Source: Eledone cirrhosa (taxonomy: Eukaryota). From it: a DNA stretch of 64,000 nt. How positions within the stretch are numbered: position 1 is the stretch's first letter; each line of letters starts with the position of its first letter. Both the position numbers and the translations under genes were made by a program. A model generated the notes under the pieces. That model did no database searches, had not been told where the DNA came from, and saw only the letters and a list, made by a program, of their open reading frames with translations. The stretch spans positions 29,326,001 to 29,390,000 of the forward strand of contig OZ024745.1 in NCBI GenBank assembly GCA_964016885.1, written 5' to 3'. Of this stretch, positions 51,300 to 63,007 are shown piece by piece.

Positions 51300-52810
51300 C
51301 ATCATCATCATCATCATCATCAAAGCTTAACGTCCGTGTTCCACGCTTGCATGGGTTTGAACGGGGGTATTCCCACTTGAGGCAAGAGTGATTGTCTTGC
51401 TCGCATAGGACTGTCTGGCAGGTTTTCTACAGTTGGATGCCCTTCCTAACACCAACCACATTTACAGTGTGGGACTGAGAGGTTTTTACCGTGTTGCCTA
51501 CACGGCCACATTACAGCGTGGACTGTGTGTTTTTTTGTCGTGACACCTACACGATCTCATTTGTTTCGGCCTGGATGTTGTGGCACCAACATAACTTTAC
51601 CTAGGAGGGGGTGGTGTGGATGGGGTGTGGGTGGTGGGACGTGGGTGTATTTTGTTAGAGATGCCTACTGGCTGTAGTAGGTTTTACTTTGTATTTAGGT
51701 AAGGCGGGTCTTCTCTGTTACTGAGTACCGCCAAAGGTCTCGGTCCAGTGACATTGTCTTGGTGAGGTGTAAGTGTGTGAGGTCGGAGTTTATCAGCTCA
51801 TCCCAGGTTTTTCTGGGTCTGCCTATTCCGTGGCTACCGTCTATCTTTATTGCCCTGCACTTTGTTATACAGCTATCGTCCTTCATGCGCATTACGTGAC
51901 CATACCAGCGTAGCCTTCTCTCGAGTAGACAACACCTGATCCCTCTTATTTCTAATGTTTTCCTTAGTTCGTTTATGCTTTGTCGTTCACGTATATTACT
52001 ATTACACATCCAGCGGAGCATGCAAGCTTCGTTTCTCTCTAGTCTGCGTATATCTTCTGCACACAATGCCCAGGTCTCACTGCCATGCAACACTGCTGTT
52101 CGTATGCAGGCATCGTACAACCTGCCTTTCATTTTTAGGGAGAACCCTTTAGTGGCTAATAGTGGTATAAGCTCTCTGAACTTTTTCCACCCAGTTCTGA
52201 CTCTAGCTACTGTATTTTCAGAGCACCCTCCCCCACTGCTGATTTTGTCACCCAGGTAACGGAAGCTGTCCACTATTTCTATAGAACCCTCTGCGCAGCT
52301 GAAAGAGCTAGTATTTTGTGGGCACTTGCTGCTACTTATTGCGCCGGAACACCGGCCACATGTAAAATCTATGTTCTTAGCTTACCTGTGATACCACTAC
52401 ATCTTTTATGCACCCAAACTTTGCATTTGGGGCACAAAATGGAGTTTCTACCTACGCCTTTCCTACACTCTGCGCATGGCCACTTCCCGGAGGGGACCGC
52501 CGCCTTATTTTCTTTCCTACAAACTAGAACTTTAGTCTTAGCCAGGTTAATTTTAAGGCCTTTTGATTCTAGGCCGTGCTTCCATGTTTGGAATTTCTTC
52601 TCTAGCTCGGCCATTGATTCAGCTATGAGCATTAGATCATCTGCGTATAGGAGTTCCCATGGGCAGCCGGTCTTGAACTCCACTGTTATAGCCTGGAGGG
52701 CAATAATAAATAGTAGCGGGCTAAGAACAGATCCCTGATGAACACCAACTTTTACACTAAACTCTTCACTATATTTGTTGTTAATTCTAACCTTGCTGAC
52801 TGTTTCTTTA
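51298..52810 (-). mobile_element. 5'-truncated RTE LINE with long 3' UTR
   Basis: ORFs 52369-52683 (YADD, PHD) and 51695-52273 (FRYLGD…RRLRWYGHV…GRPRKTW) with a frameshift; (GAT)n tail. Confidence 0.93.
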
Positions 52811-52989
52811 TATATATAATATATAATAAATATATATATATATAATATATGTAGATAAATCTACCAAAATAAATGGTAGTGTCCAATCCGTATGAAGAAC
52901 TCAATGTAATCCAAATATAGAAGATATCATGAAAAGAGGAAGTGCATTCAAAATTTAACGATAAAAATCATAGGAAAACAGAGTCAAGA

Positions 52990-53386
52990 TAAATTAATGA
53001 AAACAATGAAATAAAAACAAAGAACAGGTTCCTTATATTGAAAAAAAATCATCATTTTACGATCGTTTCTGGGATATATATGTGGTTGGTTTGTTATGTA
53101 TATCATATTAAAGATCTATGTAAATATTACAAATTATCAGAGGAGATATACATACCTTCTTATCAGAGGAGATATACATATGCCTTCTTCAGAAATGATC
53201 TGAAGAAGGCATATATAGGTGAAGGTATGTATATCTCCTCTGATAATTTGTAATATTTACATAGATATTTAATATGATATACATACCAACACACACATAT
53301 ATATCCCAGAAACGATTGTAAAATGAGGATTTTTTCAATATAAGGAACCTGTTCTTTGTTTTTATTTCATTGTTTTTATTAATTTA
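52990..53386. repeat. ~200-bp-arm inverted repeat centred on TGCCTTCTTCAGA-aatga-TCTGAAGAAGGCA
   Basis: The arms are reverse complements (AAATTAATGAAAACAATGAAATAAAAACAAAGAACAGGTTCCTTATATTG… / …CAATATAAGGAACCTGTTCTTTGTTTTTATTTCATTGTTTTTATTAATTT). Confidence 0.88.
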
Positions 53387-53459
53387 TATATAATATATAT
53401 ATATATAATATATATATATAATATATATATAATATATATATGAGATATATAATATATAT

Positions 53460-55160
53460 ATTGAGATTGACGAATATAGGGTCCAAGAGGCGATTAGGGA
53501 AATGAAAAATGGTAAGGCGGCTGGACCATCGGGAATAGTTGCTGAGATGCTGAAGGCATCAGGGGACGTAGGCACTAAACTGGTTGCACGCATAATCAAT
53601 CAGGCTATATATGGTGGTGTCATACCCAAAGACTGGTGCAGCAGTATTCTCATAAATTGCTACAAAGGTAAAGGGGATGCTTTGGAGAGGAGCAATTATA
53701 GGGGTATAAAACTGATAGATCAGGTTATGAAAGTGGCAGAAAGGATTTTAGCACAACTAATTAGAGAAAGGGTCAAACTAGATGAGATGCAGTTTGGTTT
53801 TGTGCCTGGGAAGAGTACAACAGATGCCCTCTTCTTGGTGAGACAAATGCAAGAGAGGTTCTTAGAGAAGAATAAGCCACTATACTTAGCCTTTGTTGAC
53901 CTAGAGAAGGCCTTTGATAGGGTACCCCGATCTGTCATCTGGTGGTCCCTAAGGAAGCTGGGTGTTGAGGAATGGCTTGTAAGGACAGTGCAAACTTTGT
54001 ACAGAGGTACTCTCAGTAAAGTCAGGGTAGGAATGGAGTTTAGTGAGGAATTCCAGATACAAGTAGGAGTACATCAGGGTTCGGTCCTCAGCCCGCTCTT
54101 GTTCATTATAGTCCTCCAAGCCATAACAGAGGAGTTTAAGACTGGCTGTCCATGGGAACTTCTCTATGCTGACGATCTGGCTCTTATGGCAGAATCAGTA
54201 GAGGAGCTAGAGAATAAATTCCGGCTATGGAAACAGCAGTTGGAAGCAAGAGGACTGAGAGTAAATCTAGTTAAGACAAAAGTGTTGATGAGTAGAAAAG
54301 AGGACAAAACCCTGATTCCGTCAGGGAAATGGCCATGTTCGATATGCAGAAAAGGAACTGGCATAAATTCTATAAAATGCACACAATGCAGGTCCTGGGT
54401 ACACAAGAGATGTAGCGGGATAGCAGGCAAACTAACAGGTAGGGAGAAATATGTATGCAGTAGATGTACAGGGAAATTAGACAGTAGAAGTCGCACTGAT
54501 AGACACATTTTTCAAATGCGAGAGGGCGCTATAGAAGTGGTGGATAGCTTCCGGTACCTAGGAGATCAGATTAGCATGGGAGGAGGGTGTTCCGAGGCCA
54601 TAGTATCTAGAATAAGGACGGGTTGGAAGAAGTTTAGGGAGCTGCTTCCTCTGTTGACGAAGAAGGGTTTCTCCCTGCGTACGAAAGGCCGGTTGTATGA
54701 TGCACGTGTGAGGAGCGCGATGCTGCATGGTAGTGAGACATGGGCAGCTACCGCAGAAGATATGCGACGGCTGGAGAGAAATGAGGCAAGCATGCTCCGT
54801 TGGATGTGCAGTGTAAATGTGCATGAACGACCCAGCTTATATGTGTTGAGAGAGAAACTGTGTCTGAGAGGGATAGAATGTAGTGTACGGGAGAGGAGAC
54901 TGAGGTGGTATGGACATGTGATGCGCATGGAGGATGACCGATGGGTGAAGAAGTGCCAGGAAATGCCAGTTGAAGGAAGATGTGGTAGAGGTAGACCACG
55001 AAAAACATGGGCGGAGGTGGTGAGAACAGACCTCAGATCATTGAAGCTCACGGTGGAGATGACGAGGGACCGTGACGAGTGGAGAGATGCTGTGCTGAAT
55101 AAGACCCGTCCCACCCGTGCAAGCAGGGAAAAGCGGACGTAAAATGATGATGATGATGAT
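53460..55160 (+). mobile_element. 5'-truncated RTE LINE (second subfamily) with essentially no 3' UTR
   Basis: Starts right after (TA)n. The stop codon is directly followed by AATGATGATG…. Confidence 0.95.
53502..55142 (+). CDS. Uninterrupted RTE reverse transcriptase ORF (546 aa, endonuclease absent) with embedded PHD finger
   Basis: KAAGPSGI, NYRGIKL, QFGFVPG, DLEKAFD, QGSVLSPLLF, YADD, C4HC3 motif, FRYLG, RRLRWYGHV, GRPRKTW. Confidence 0.9.
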   Translation: MKNGKAAGPSGIVAEMLKASGDVGTKLVARIINQAIYGGVIPKDWCSSILINCYKGKGDALERSNYRGIKLIDQVMKVAERILAQLIRERVKLDEMQFGFVPGKSTTDALFLVRQMQERFLEKNKPLYLAFVDLEKAFDRVPRSVIWWSLRKLGVEEWLVRTVQTLYRGTLSKVRVGMEFSEEFQIQVGVHQGSVLSPLLFIIVLQAITEEFKTGCPWELLYADDLALMAESVEELENKFRLWKQQLEARGLRVNLVKTKVLMSRKEDKTLIPSGKWPCSICRKGTGINSIKCTQCRSWVHKRCSGIAGKLTGREKYVCSRCTGKLDSRSRTDRHIFQMREGAIEVVDSFRYLGDQISMGGGCSEAIVSRIRTGWKKFRELLPLLTKKGFSLRTKGRLYDARVRSAMLHGSETWAATAEDMRRLERNEASMLRWMCSVNVHERPSLYVLREKLCLRGIECSVRERRLRWYGHVMRMEDDRWVKKCQEMPVEGRCGRGRPRKTWAEVVRTDLRSLKLTVEMTRDRDEWRDAVLNKTRPTRASREKRT

Positions 55161-55279
55161 ATGACAAACATATACACATACATATGCATACACACATGTT
55201 AATGCAAAATATACAGTATTATCAACCTTTTTAAAACTTATATTTAAGATACATTCTGACCTGAACTTCTCCAAAACAA

Positions 55280-55520
55280 CTCACTAAACACACTTGTGTT
55301 TTCCTCTTTTCTTCCTCTTGTCTGTTCTATTTCTTCTCTATCACATTCTATCTCTTCTATCTCCTGATGAAAGACTAATATCTGAAACATCAACACTCTT
55401 TTCCTACTATATCAAGCATTACACTAATATATATCATCATTGTAATTACACTAATATATATCATCACTGTATTGTATCATTCTTCTGTGTTGTTTTTGCC
55501 TATTGACTTTTTGTATATTG
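55280..55520 (+). mobile_element. Penelope-type pLTR remnant with minimal hammerhead motif (55357-55397)
   Basis: CTCCTGATGA-AAGA-CTAATA-TCT-GAAAC-ATC. Flanks are homologous to 58890-59095. Confidence 0.5.
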
Positions 55521-55586
55521 TATGTCAATGTAGTGTTGCTCATAATGTCATTTCTAACTGTATCTTTGTTTTCCTCTCATTTGCAG

Positions 55587-55653
55587 CGATTATAGCCGGG
55601 TGTAGTGTGGCTGGATTTGTGGGTATCATTGTAGCTGCAGTTTGTTGGTACAA
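55587..55653 (+). CDS. NPDC1: Transmembrane-helix exon (67 nt, phase 1-2) of the NPDC1/CAB-1-like gene: AIIAGCSVAGFVGIIVAAVCWY
   Basis: Acceptor TTTGTTTTCCTCTCATTTGCAG and donor ACAA|GTAAGT. The spliced DIYFIAIIAGCSVAG…VCWY resembles the NPDC1-family TM segment (recognised from memory, no search run). Confidence 0.8.
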
Positions 55654-55683
55654 GTAAGTCTTTTACTATTACTACAAATAAAA

Positions 55684-56120
55684 GGGTTGTGGATTGGCAG
55701 AATCAGTAGAGCGTCAGACAAAATGTTTAGCAGTATTTGTTTCAGCTCTTAACGTTTTGAGTTCAAATCTTGCTGAGATTAACGTTTCTTTTTAGCCTTC
55801 CGAAGTTGATGTAGCAGTCAAATAGTGGGGTTGATATAATCAACTCCCCACCCTGAATTACTGGACTTGTGCGTAAATTTGAAACCTTTATTATTAGTGG
55901 ACCCAAGGGCGGTGGATTGGCAGCATCATTAGTGTTGGGCAACATGATTTATGGTATAGAGTTGTGGCCCTTTAAGTTCTGAGTTCAAATCCCACCGAGG
56001 TCAGCTTTGCCCTTCATCTTTACAGGGTCAATAAAATAAAGTACCAGTAATGCACTGGGGTTGATTTAATCGACTTTCCCTTACCCCAAATTGTTGGCAT
56101 TGTGCCTAAATCAGAAACCC
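55684..56120 (+). mobile_element. Two adjacent SINE family B-related copies
   Basis: GTGGATTGGCAG…GAGTTCAAATC…CCTTCATC…AAAATAAAGTACCAG motifs starting at ~55684 and ~55907. Confidence 0.75.
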
Positions 56121-56197
56121 TAATTCATGGACCCAATAATGATGAGGGTTTAATTACAATAGTTAAAAACACCAAGTCATTCTTAATTTGGAGTGAC

Positions 56198-56247
<50 letters not shown>

Positions 56248-56398
56248 TATGCCATATCTATCAGGATTAGTGGATATATGAACAATCATACAAACTGGTA
56301 AATTTATGTTTTTGATATATTAACAGTTAAAGTGTTTATAAAAACTTTCCATCATAATTTTATGTAAGAACATGTGTTGTGTTCCAAACACCAGATTA

Positions 56399-56576
56399 AT
56401 AATTGTTTCTACTTTTGGCACAAGGCCAGCAATAACCCAGTGCATTACTGGTACTTTATTTTATTGACCCTGTAAGGATGAAAGGCAAAGTTAACCTCGG
56501 TGGGATTCAAACTCAGAATGGCAAAGGCCGTAACTCTATGTGTCAAAGCATAGCGTTGACTCTCTACCGATACTGC
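56399..56576 (-). mobile_element. SINE family B copy
   Basis: Collinear with 5984-6168. Confidence 0.85.
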
Positions 56577-57540
56577 AGGTTAATAATGAGGAAGTTAGTT
56601 ATATCAATTACTAAATATAACAAAAACGAAAGTGTCTTTATATTCTGATCCACTGATCAAGTACTACCTTTGGGGTCAATGATACAAGACTCATGTTTTA
56701 TAAACCTCATGTTTTATTTTTTAACTAGTTAGTCTGCACCATCAAAATTGACAGTTTACTTATTTATTAAAACGTATTTATTTGCATGACAAATATGAAA
56801 TAATGGGGGAAAAAGTTTACAGAGCTTAAAGTCTCTATAATGGATGAATTGAAGTGAAGATGAGAAGAGTTTTCCTTGATGAATGGATAACTGGCAATTT
56901 AGAGATCAATATTGTATTAAGGTGTCTCCATATATTACTGTAAATGTATAAAACTTAACACAGAAGATATATGACCATTGTCTGAGCAACACATTTAGTT
57001 GATGTAATTCTGTTTTAAATTTTAAATAATTTACTTTGTACTACTTTCACCCTCTCTACACCACTTTCCATACATCTCTCTATCTTTCTCTGCCTCTTTC
57101 TCTCCCTTTCTCTGCCTCTTTCTCTCTGTTTGTCTCTTTTTCTGTATCTCTCAATTTCTATCAGTATTTGTGAAGTCAAACTTTCTGATTTTCTTCCTCC
57201 TTTGGTCTGTGATCTCTCTCTCTCTCTGCTTATGTAAATTGTATTCTATTGCACACATGTCTCTCCTTCACTCTCTCGCTCTCTCTCCTTCAGTCTCTCT
57301 CCTTCATTCTCTGTCAGCACAATGACCGTGTCTATGAGGAACAGGAAGAAATGATTTGTTAGTAAAGTCTGAAGAGTGAGAAAGTGGGGGAGATAAAGAG
57401 AAATAGATAGATAGATAGGGTGGGAGAGAGAGAGATATGTAGGTAGGTTGGTTTATAAAAACTTACTCAGAAAACTAAATATATGCACCTACAGATACAT
57501 GTGTATTATTATATTGAATCATAATCTTCCATCACACATG

Positions 57541-57678
57541 AGGCAAATTGGCAAAGTTGTTAAGATGTTGGATTAAAAGTCTCAGTATTTCTTTTGGCTC
57601 TCTGCAGTTTGAGTTCAAATCTCACCAAAGCCAAATTTGCATTTCGTCCTTTTGCGGTTGATTAATAAAGTACCAGTA
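57541..57678 (+). mobile_element. Degenerate SINE family B-related copy
   Basis: GAGTTCAAATCTCACC…TTTGCATTTCGTCCTTTTGCGGTTGATTAATAAAGTACCAG. Confidence 0.6.
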
Positions 57679-57769
57679 TAGGGGTGGTATGTTGGCAGAA
57701 CTGTTTAATAGTTAGATGGGATGCTTTGTAGTATCTGATCCAGTTTTGTGTGTTATGAGTTTAAATCCC

Positions 57770-58392
57770 ACCTTCTGCCAGTGGTTATGACTGACAGATG
57801 GTATCAAAAATGGAAACTCCAATGGGAACATAGTTTCCTTGGACCAATCTGGTGATTGGTTCCTTTCTTTGGCCAGGGGTTGTGACTGGCAGATAGTATC
57901 AGGAATGGAAACTTCAATGGAAACATAGCTTCCTTGGACCAATCAGATGATTGGTTCCTTTCTTCTCCCAGGAGTTGTGACTAGCTGATAGTAATCAGCT
58001 ATAGAAAAACCATTAGAAATATTATTTCCTTGGTCTGATCTGAAGATTGGTTCCTTTCTTCTGCCAGGAGTTGTGACTAGCAGATAGTATCTGTAATGGA
58101 AACATAGTTTCTTTGGTCTGATCTGAAGATTGGCTCCTTTCTTCTGCCAGGAGTTGTGACTAGCAGATAGTATCTGTAATGGAAACATAGTTTCTTTGGT
58201 CTGATCTGAAGATTGGCTCCTTTCTTCTGCCAGGAGTTGTGACTAGCAGATAGTATCTGTAATGGAAACATAGTTTCCTTGGTCTGATCTGAAGATTGGC
58301 TCCTTTCTTCTGCCAGGAGTTGTGATTAGCAGATAGTATCTGTAATGGAAACATAGTTTCCTTGGTCTGATCTGAAGATTGGCTCCTTTCTT
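57770..58392. repeat. 83-bp minisatellite, ~7 units, more homogeneous at the right
   Basis: Unit CTTCTGCCAGGAGTTGTGACTAGCAGATAGTATCTGTAATGGAAACATAGTTTCYTTGGTCTGATCTGAAGATTGGCTCCTTT. ORF ends are offset by 83 nt. Confidence 0.92.
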
Positions 58393-58889
58393 AGTTTCAC
58401 TAATACTTTCCAGTTAACCAGCACCACCCTACTCTATTTTCTTCATCCTTTGAAAAAGAGGTCTAATCTGTGAAATATGAAAGATAAGGTTAAAGTGTAA
58501 ACTGCTATGTATTGTCTTACTTTACTCTTGTATTCATTCCTTTATTCTAATATTCATTCCACTTGCATTGTGCCAGCTCTTCTAAATTATCTCCACATAT
58601 CTCACAATGCTTCATATAAACTATATATACTACTTTAGAATAATTTTTTATTTAATCAATTCTTTTATTCTTTTACATATTTCAGTCATTAGACTGTGGT
58701 CATGCTGGAGCACCACCTTGATCTAGTTGATCATATTGATCTCAGTACTTATTGTTTTTTAGTCTGGTGTTTATTTTTATTGATTTCTGTTTGTTGAACA
58801 GCTACAGTTTACATTAGTTGAAGAAAGAAACAGTAAATGGATACATATATACATGATACAATCTGACTCGTACTCCTCTAAATGGGCTG

Positions 58890-59095
58890 ACTAAACACAC
58901 TTGTTTTCTGCCTATAAAATGGTTTTATCCATTTCTTCCTCTTCTTACTCATGTCTCTCATTCTGTCTTCTGATGAAGGACTAACATCTGAAACATTAAT
59001 TCCTTTTCCTACTATACCAAACGTTAATATATATATATATCTTCATAGTACTGTATCATTCCCCTGTGTTGTTTATCCATATTGACTTTTTGCAT
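58890..59095 (+). mobile_element. Penelope-type pLTR remnant with minimal hammerhead motif (58964-58998)
   Basis: TCTTCTGATGA-AGGA-CTAACA-TCT-GAAAC-ATT. Paralogous to 55280-55520. Confidence 0.5.
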
Positions 59096-59253
59096 ACATA
59101 TGTATATACCCATATATACATATATATATATATATATATATGGAGGAAGTTATAGTTCACTTGAAGCATTGCGTGATGAGGTATAAACGTTTGTATATGT
59201 ATAATACAGCATGACTTGGCAAGCTATTTAGAACACTGGTTTAACCGCTTTAC

Positions 59254-59292
59254 TTCCCTCCGAAGAAGAGATATTATCTCGAAAATTAAGGA
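59254..59292 (+). ncRNA. Degenerate minimal hammerhead ribozyme motif
   Basis: TCCCT-CCGAAGA-AGAGATATTATCTC-GAAA-ATTA-AGGA. Stem II is GAGATA/TATCTC and the core U is mutated to C. Confidence 0.45.
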
Positions 59293-59429
59293 CATTTAAA
59301 TAAATCTAAGGTAAAAGACTATTTGTCAACAATATCTTTTCCATTTGCATTCTTTATTCTATGTCCATACCTGCATTGTTTTGGCTTTATTATACATATA
59401 CAAACGGTGGCTTTATTATACATATACAA

Positions 59430-59616
59430 ACGATGGATTGGCAGTATCAGTAGAGGGTCGGACGCCATGCTTTCCAGCATAGTTACATCCCTTTACGATC
59501 TGAGCTCAAATCCCGCCGAGGTTGACTTTGCCTTTCATCCTTATGGGGTCGATAAAATAAAGTACCAGTAATGCACTGGGTAATTGCTGGCCTTGTGCCT
59601 AAAGTAGAAACAATTA
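59430..59616 (+). mobile_element. SINE family B copy with target-site duplication ATTATACATATACAAACG
   Basis: Collinear with the other copies; the duplicated flank is present on both sides. Confidence 0.87.
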
Positions 59617-59709
59617 TACATATACAAACGTATATATATATATATATAGGAACGAGTAGGACCCCGACGGCTGAGCTCAAGCCGTTTTGACGGCTAATTC
59701 TGGACTAAT

Positions 59710-61112
59710 TTATGCTTTGTCGTTCATTTTTAGGGAGAACCCTTTAGCGGCTAATAGTGGTATAAGCTCTCTGAACTTTTTCCACCCAGTTCTGACTCTA
59801 GCTACTGTACTTTCAGAGCACCCTCCCCCACTGCTGATTTTGTCACCCAGGTAACGGAAGCTGTCCACTATTTCTATAGAACCCTCTGCGCAGTTGAAAG
59901 AGCTAGTATTTTGTGGGCACTTGCTGCTACTTATTGCCCCAGAACACCGGCCACATGTAAAATCTATGTTCTTAGTTAGCTTACCTGTGATCCCACTACA
60001 TCTTTTATGAACCCAAACTTTGCATTTGGGACACAAAATGGAATTTCTACCTACGCCTTTCCTACACTCTGCGCATGGCCACTTCCCGGAGGGGACCGCC
60101 GCCTTATTTTCTTTCTTACAAACTAGAACTTTAGTCTTAGCCAGGTTAATTTTAAGGCCTTTTGATTCTAGCCCGTGCTTCCAAGTTTGGAATTTCTTCT
60201 CTAGCTCGGCCATTGATTCAGCTATGAGCGTTAGATCATCTGCGTATAGGAGTTCCCATGGGCAGCCGGTCTTGAACTCCACTGTTATAGCCTGGAGGGC
60301 AATAATAAATAGTAGGGGGCTAAGAACAGAGCCCTGATGAACACCAACTTTTACACTAAACTCTTCACTATATTCGTTGTTAATTCTAACCTTGCTGACT
60401 GTTTCTTTATACATGGCTTGTATAGCTCTCACAAACCATTCATCGACACCTAGTTTTCTAAGAGCCCACCAGATAATGGAACGGGGGACTCTGTCGAAGG
60501 CCTTCTCCAAGTCGACGAAAGCTAAGTATAGGGGTTTACTTTTAGCTAGGTACTTCTCCTGTAGTTGTCGTACAATGAAAAGAGCGTCTGTGGTACTTTT
60601 TCCTGACACAAACCCGAACTGCATTTCATCTAGATCAATTCGCTCTCTGATTAGTTGCGCTATTACTTTTTCCGTGACCTTCATGACCTGGTCGATTAAT
60701 TTAATGCCTCTATAGTTACTCCTATCTAGGGCATCTCCTTTACCCTTATAACAGTTAACGATAATGCTGCTACGCCAGTCCTTCGGAACAACCCCATTCT
60801 GTATGACTTGGTTGACTATCCAGGTGACCATGGTGTGTCCCACCGTACCAGATGCCTTCAGCATCTCGGCAACTATTTCCGAAGGCCCAGCCGCCTTGCC
60901 TGTCTTCATATCTTTGATTGCCTTACTTATTTTACTACCCTCGACTAACACTGCTAGTCCCTCTATTGGATCGATGTGGGGGAGACTGTCTTTCTCCCAT
61001 TTATTCTCCTCATTGAGTAGCCTTTCATAGTGACACTTCCAAGCTACCTTCTTATCGGCGTCGGTGATGGCAAGTACGCCGTCGCAAGTACGCCGTCGCA
61101 AGTACGCCGTCA
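59710..61112 (-). mobile_element. RTE LINE internal fragment (same subfamily as 42558 and 51298), 3' end missing
   Basis: ORF 59710-61491 from [12 protein letters not shown]… through YADD and PHD to KGFSLKM. Its N-terminal YI/CI-rich part is translated microsatellite. Confidence 0.93.
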
Positions 61113-61500
61113 TACATATACATATACATATATATATATATACATATACATATATATATATACATATACATGTATATATACATATATATATACATATACA
61201 TGTATATATACATATATATATACATATACACATATATACATATATAAATACACATATATATATACATATATGTATATATACATATATATATACACATATA
61301 TATATATATACACATATATATATACACATATATATATATATACACATATATATATATATACATATACATATATATATATACATATACATATACACACATA
61401 CATATATATATACACATATACATATAAATATATACATATACATATATATATATATACATATATATATACATATATATATACATATATACATATATATATA
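61112..61500. repeat. (TA)/(CA) compound microsatellite
   Basis: Direct inspection. Confidence 0.92.
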
Positions 61501-62377
61501 CAGGTAATCGATTACCTGTACTAGACACAGAGGTCTTGTTAGAAACCATTAATAACAAAAAACAAATCCTCCATTCCCATTATGCCAAACCCATGACTTC
61601 CAAATATCTGATCCACCGAAACTCAGTTGTCTCGGATCACACCAAAATCAACATACTGATTGCGGATTTGGTACGGGTGATGAGAAATGTGTCCCGCATG
61701 TGCAACCCCGAAGAACTAGAGAGACACATACAACACTTCATCCACCGTATGCAGTTCTCTGGTTACAATCAGAGAGATAAAATCAAAGTATATAGAGGAG
61801 CCAGAACCAAATGGGGAAAAAATGGTAAATAATGATACAAATGGGACCTGCCCCTTGTATAGGAGCAAATTTTGGAATAGAATAGAAAGAACTAGGAATA
61901 AATACCACAGTGTAATGTTCATCAATACAGCCCCTAGAGGTGAACTAGCTTACAAATTTAGAAGGGCCCTAGATAAATTTAAACTAAATATTAAGATAGT
62001 GGAAAGACCAGGTACCTCCATAAAAACACTTATTAGTAATACATACCCTTTTCAAAGACCTCCCTATATAGATAAGAAATGCATAATCTGTAAACTAAGC
62101 CTCCATATTAACTGTAAAACTAGAAACATAGTATATAGCATAAGATGTACTGAGGGACAATGTAAAGATAAGAATATAGTGTACATAGGTGAGACAGCTC
62201 ATAGCATAAGAGAACGATTAAATGAACACTGGCGAGAACTCCAAGATAGAAAAGACTCATCAGTACTCCACCAGCATGCTAAAATAGAACATAAGGGCAA
62301 ATTAGAGAACATATAAATAAAAATAAAATCTACACACAGAAAAGACGCAATGTTTAGACAAATCACAGAGTCGTCAT

Positions 62378-62682
62378 CACCATTTCATCATCATTTTACA
62401 TCCGCTTTTCCCTGCCTGCAAGGGTGGGATGGGAACTGATTCTGGCTTGATTTCTACAGCTGGATGCCCTTCCTAACACCAACCTCATTTACAGTGAGTG
62501 CTGGGTGCTTTTTTGCCATGGCACCTCCATGACCACCTTGCAGTGGAATGATAGGGACACCAGTCCCTATCATCTCATTTCTACAGTTGTGTAAACTGTA
62601 GCAATGTGAAATAAAGTGTATTGCTCAAGGAAACAACACATCACCCGGTATGAGAATTGAACTCACAACCTTTCGATTGCAA
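62378..62682 (-). mobile_element. SINE family A, 5'-truncated, nested in the Penelope endonuclease
   Basis: Collinear with 36-375. Confidence 0.87.
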
Positions 62683-62964
62683 AACATAAATGAACTCCAA
62701 CCAAAATTAAATAGAAAACATGAATGGAATAGCATCATCACAACTTACAATTGAGGACAAAATGAAAACACACGCACATAGAACAAACAACTAACTAGTA
62801 ACATGTAAATAAACAAATAAATAAACAAATAAATAAACAAATAAAAACACACACAGACACCTGGATGTAACACATGCGCAAACTAAGCACACAACACACA
62901 CAAAAACAAGATGGCATAGGACAGAACAAAGGAGAGGCACAAAACAAAGAAAAGAATCCCCCCA

Positions 62965-63007
62965 GTCACTGTAGAGGTCACAGAATGTGTGACGAAAGAA
63001 CTTTGAC
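62965..63007 (+). ncRNA. Minimal type I hammerhead ribozyme motif in the Penelope 3' pLTR
   Basis: GTCA-CTGTAGA-G-GTCAC(agaatgt)GTGAC-GAAA-GAAC-TT-TGAC. Stems I and II pair; the CUGANGA core has an A-to-U change. Confidence 0.62.

Noticed and set aside
57318-57362. Candidate next NPDC1 exon after a CT-rich tract and CTGTCAG
   Set aside because: No resemblance to the expected juxtamembrane cytoplasmic sequence and no convincing donor. The pyrimidine tract is a (CT)n microsatellite.
61112-61558. Tyr/Ile/Cys-rich ORFs and the N-terminal extension of ORF 59710-61491
   Set aside because: Translation of (TA)/(CA) microsatellite.
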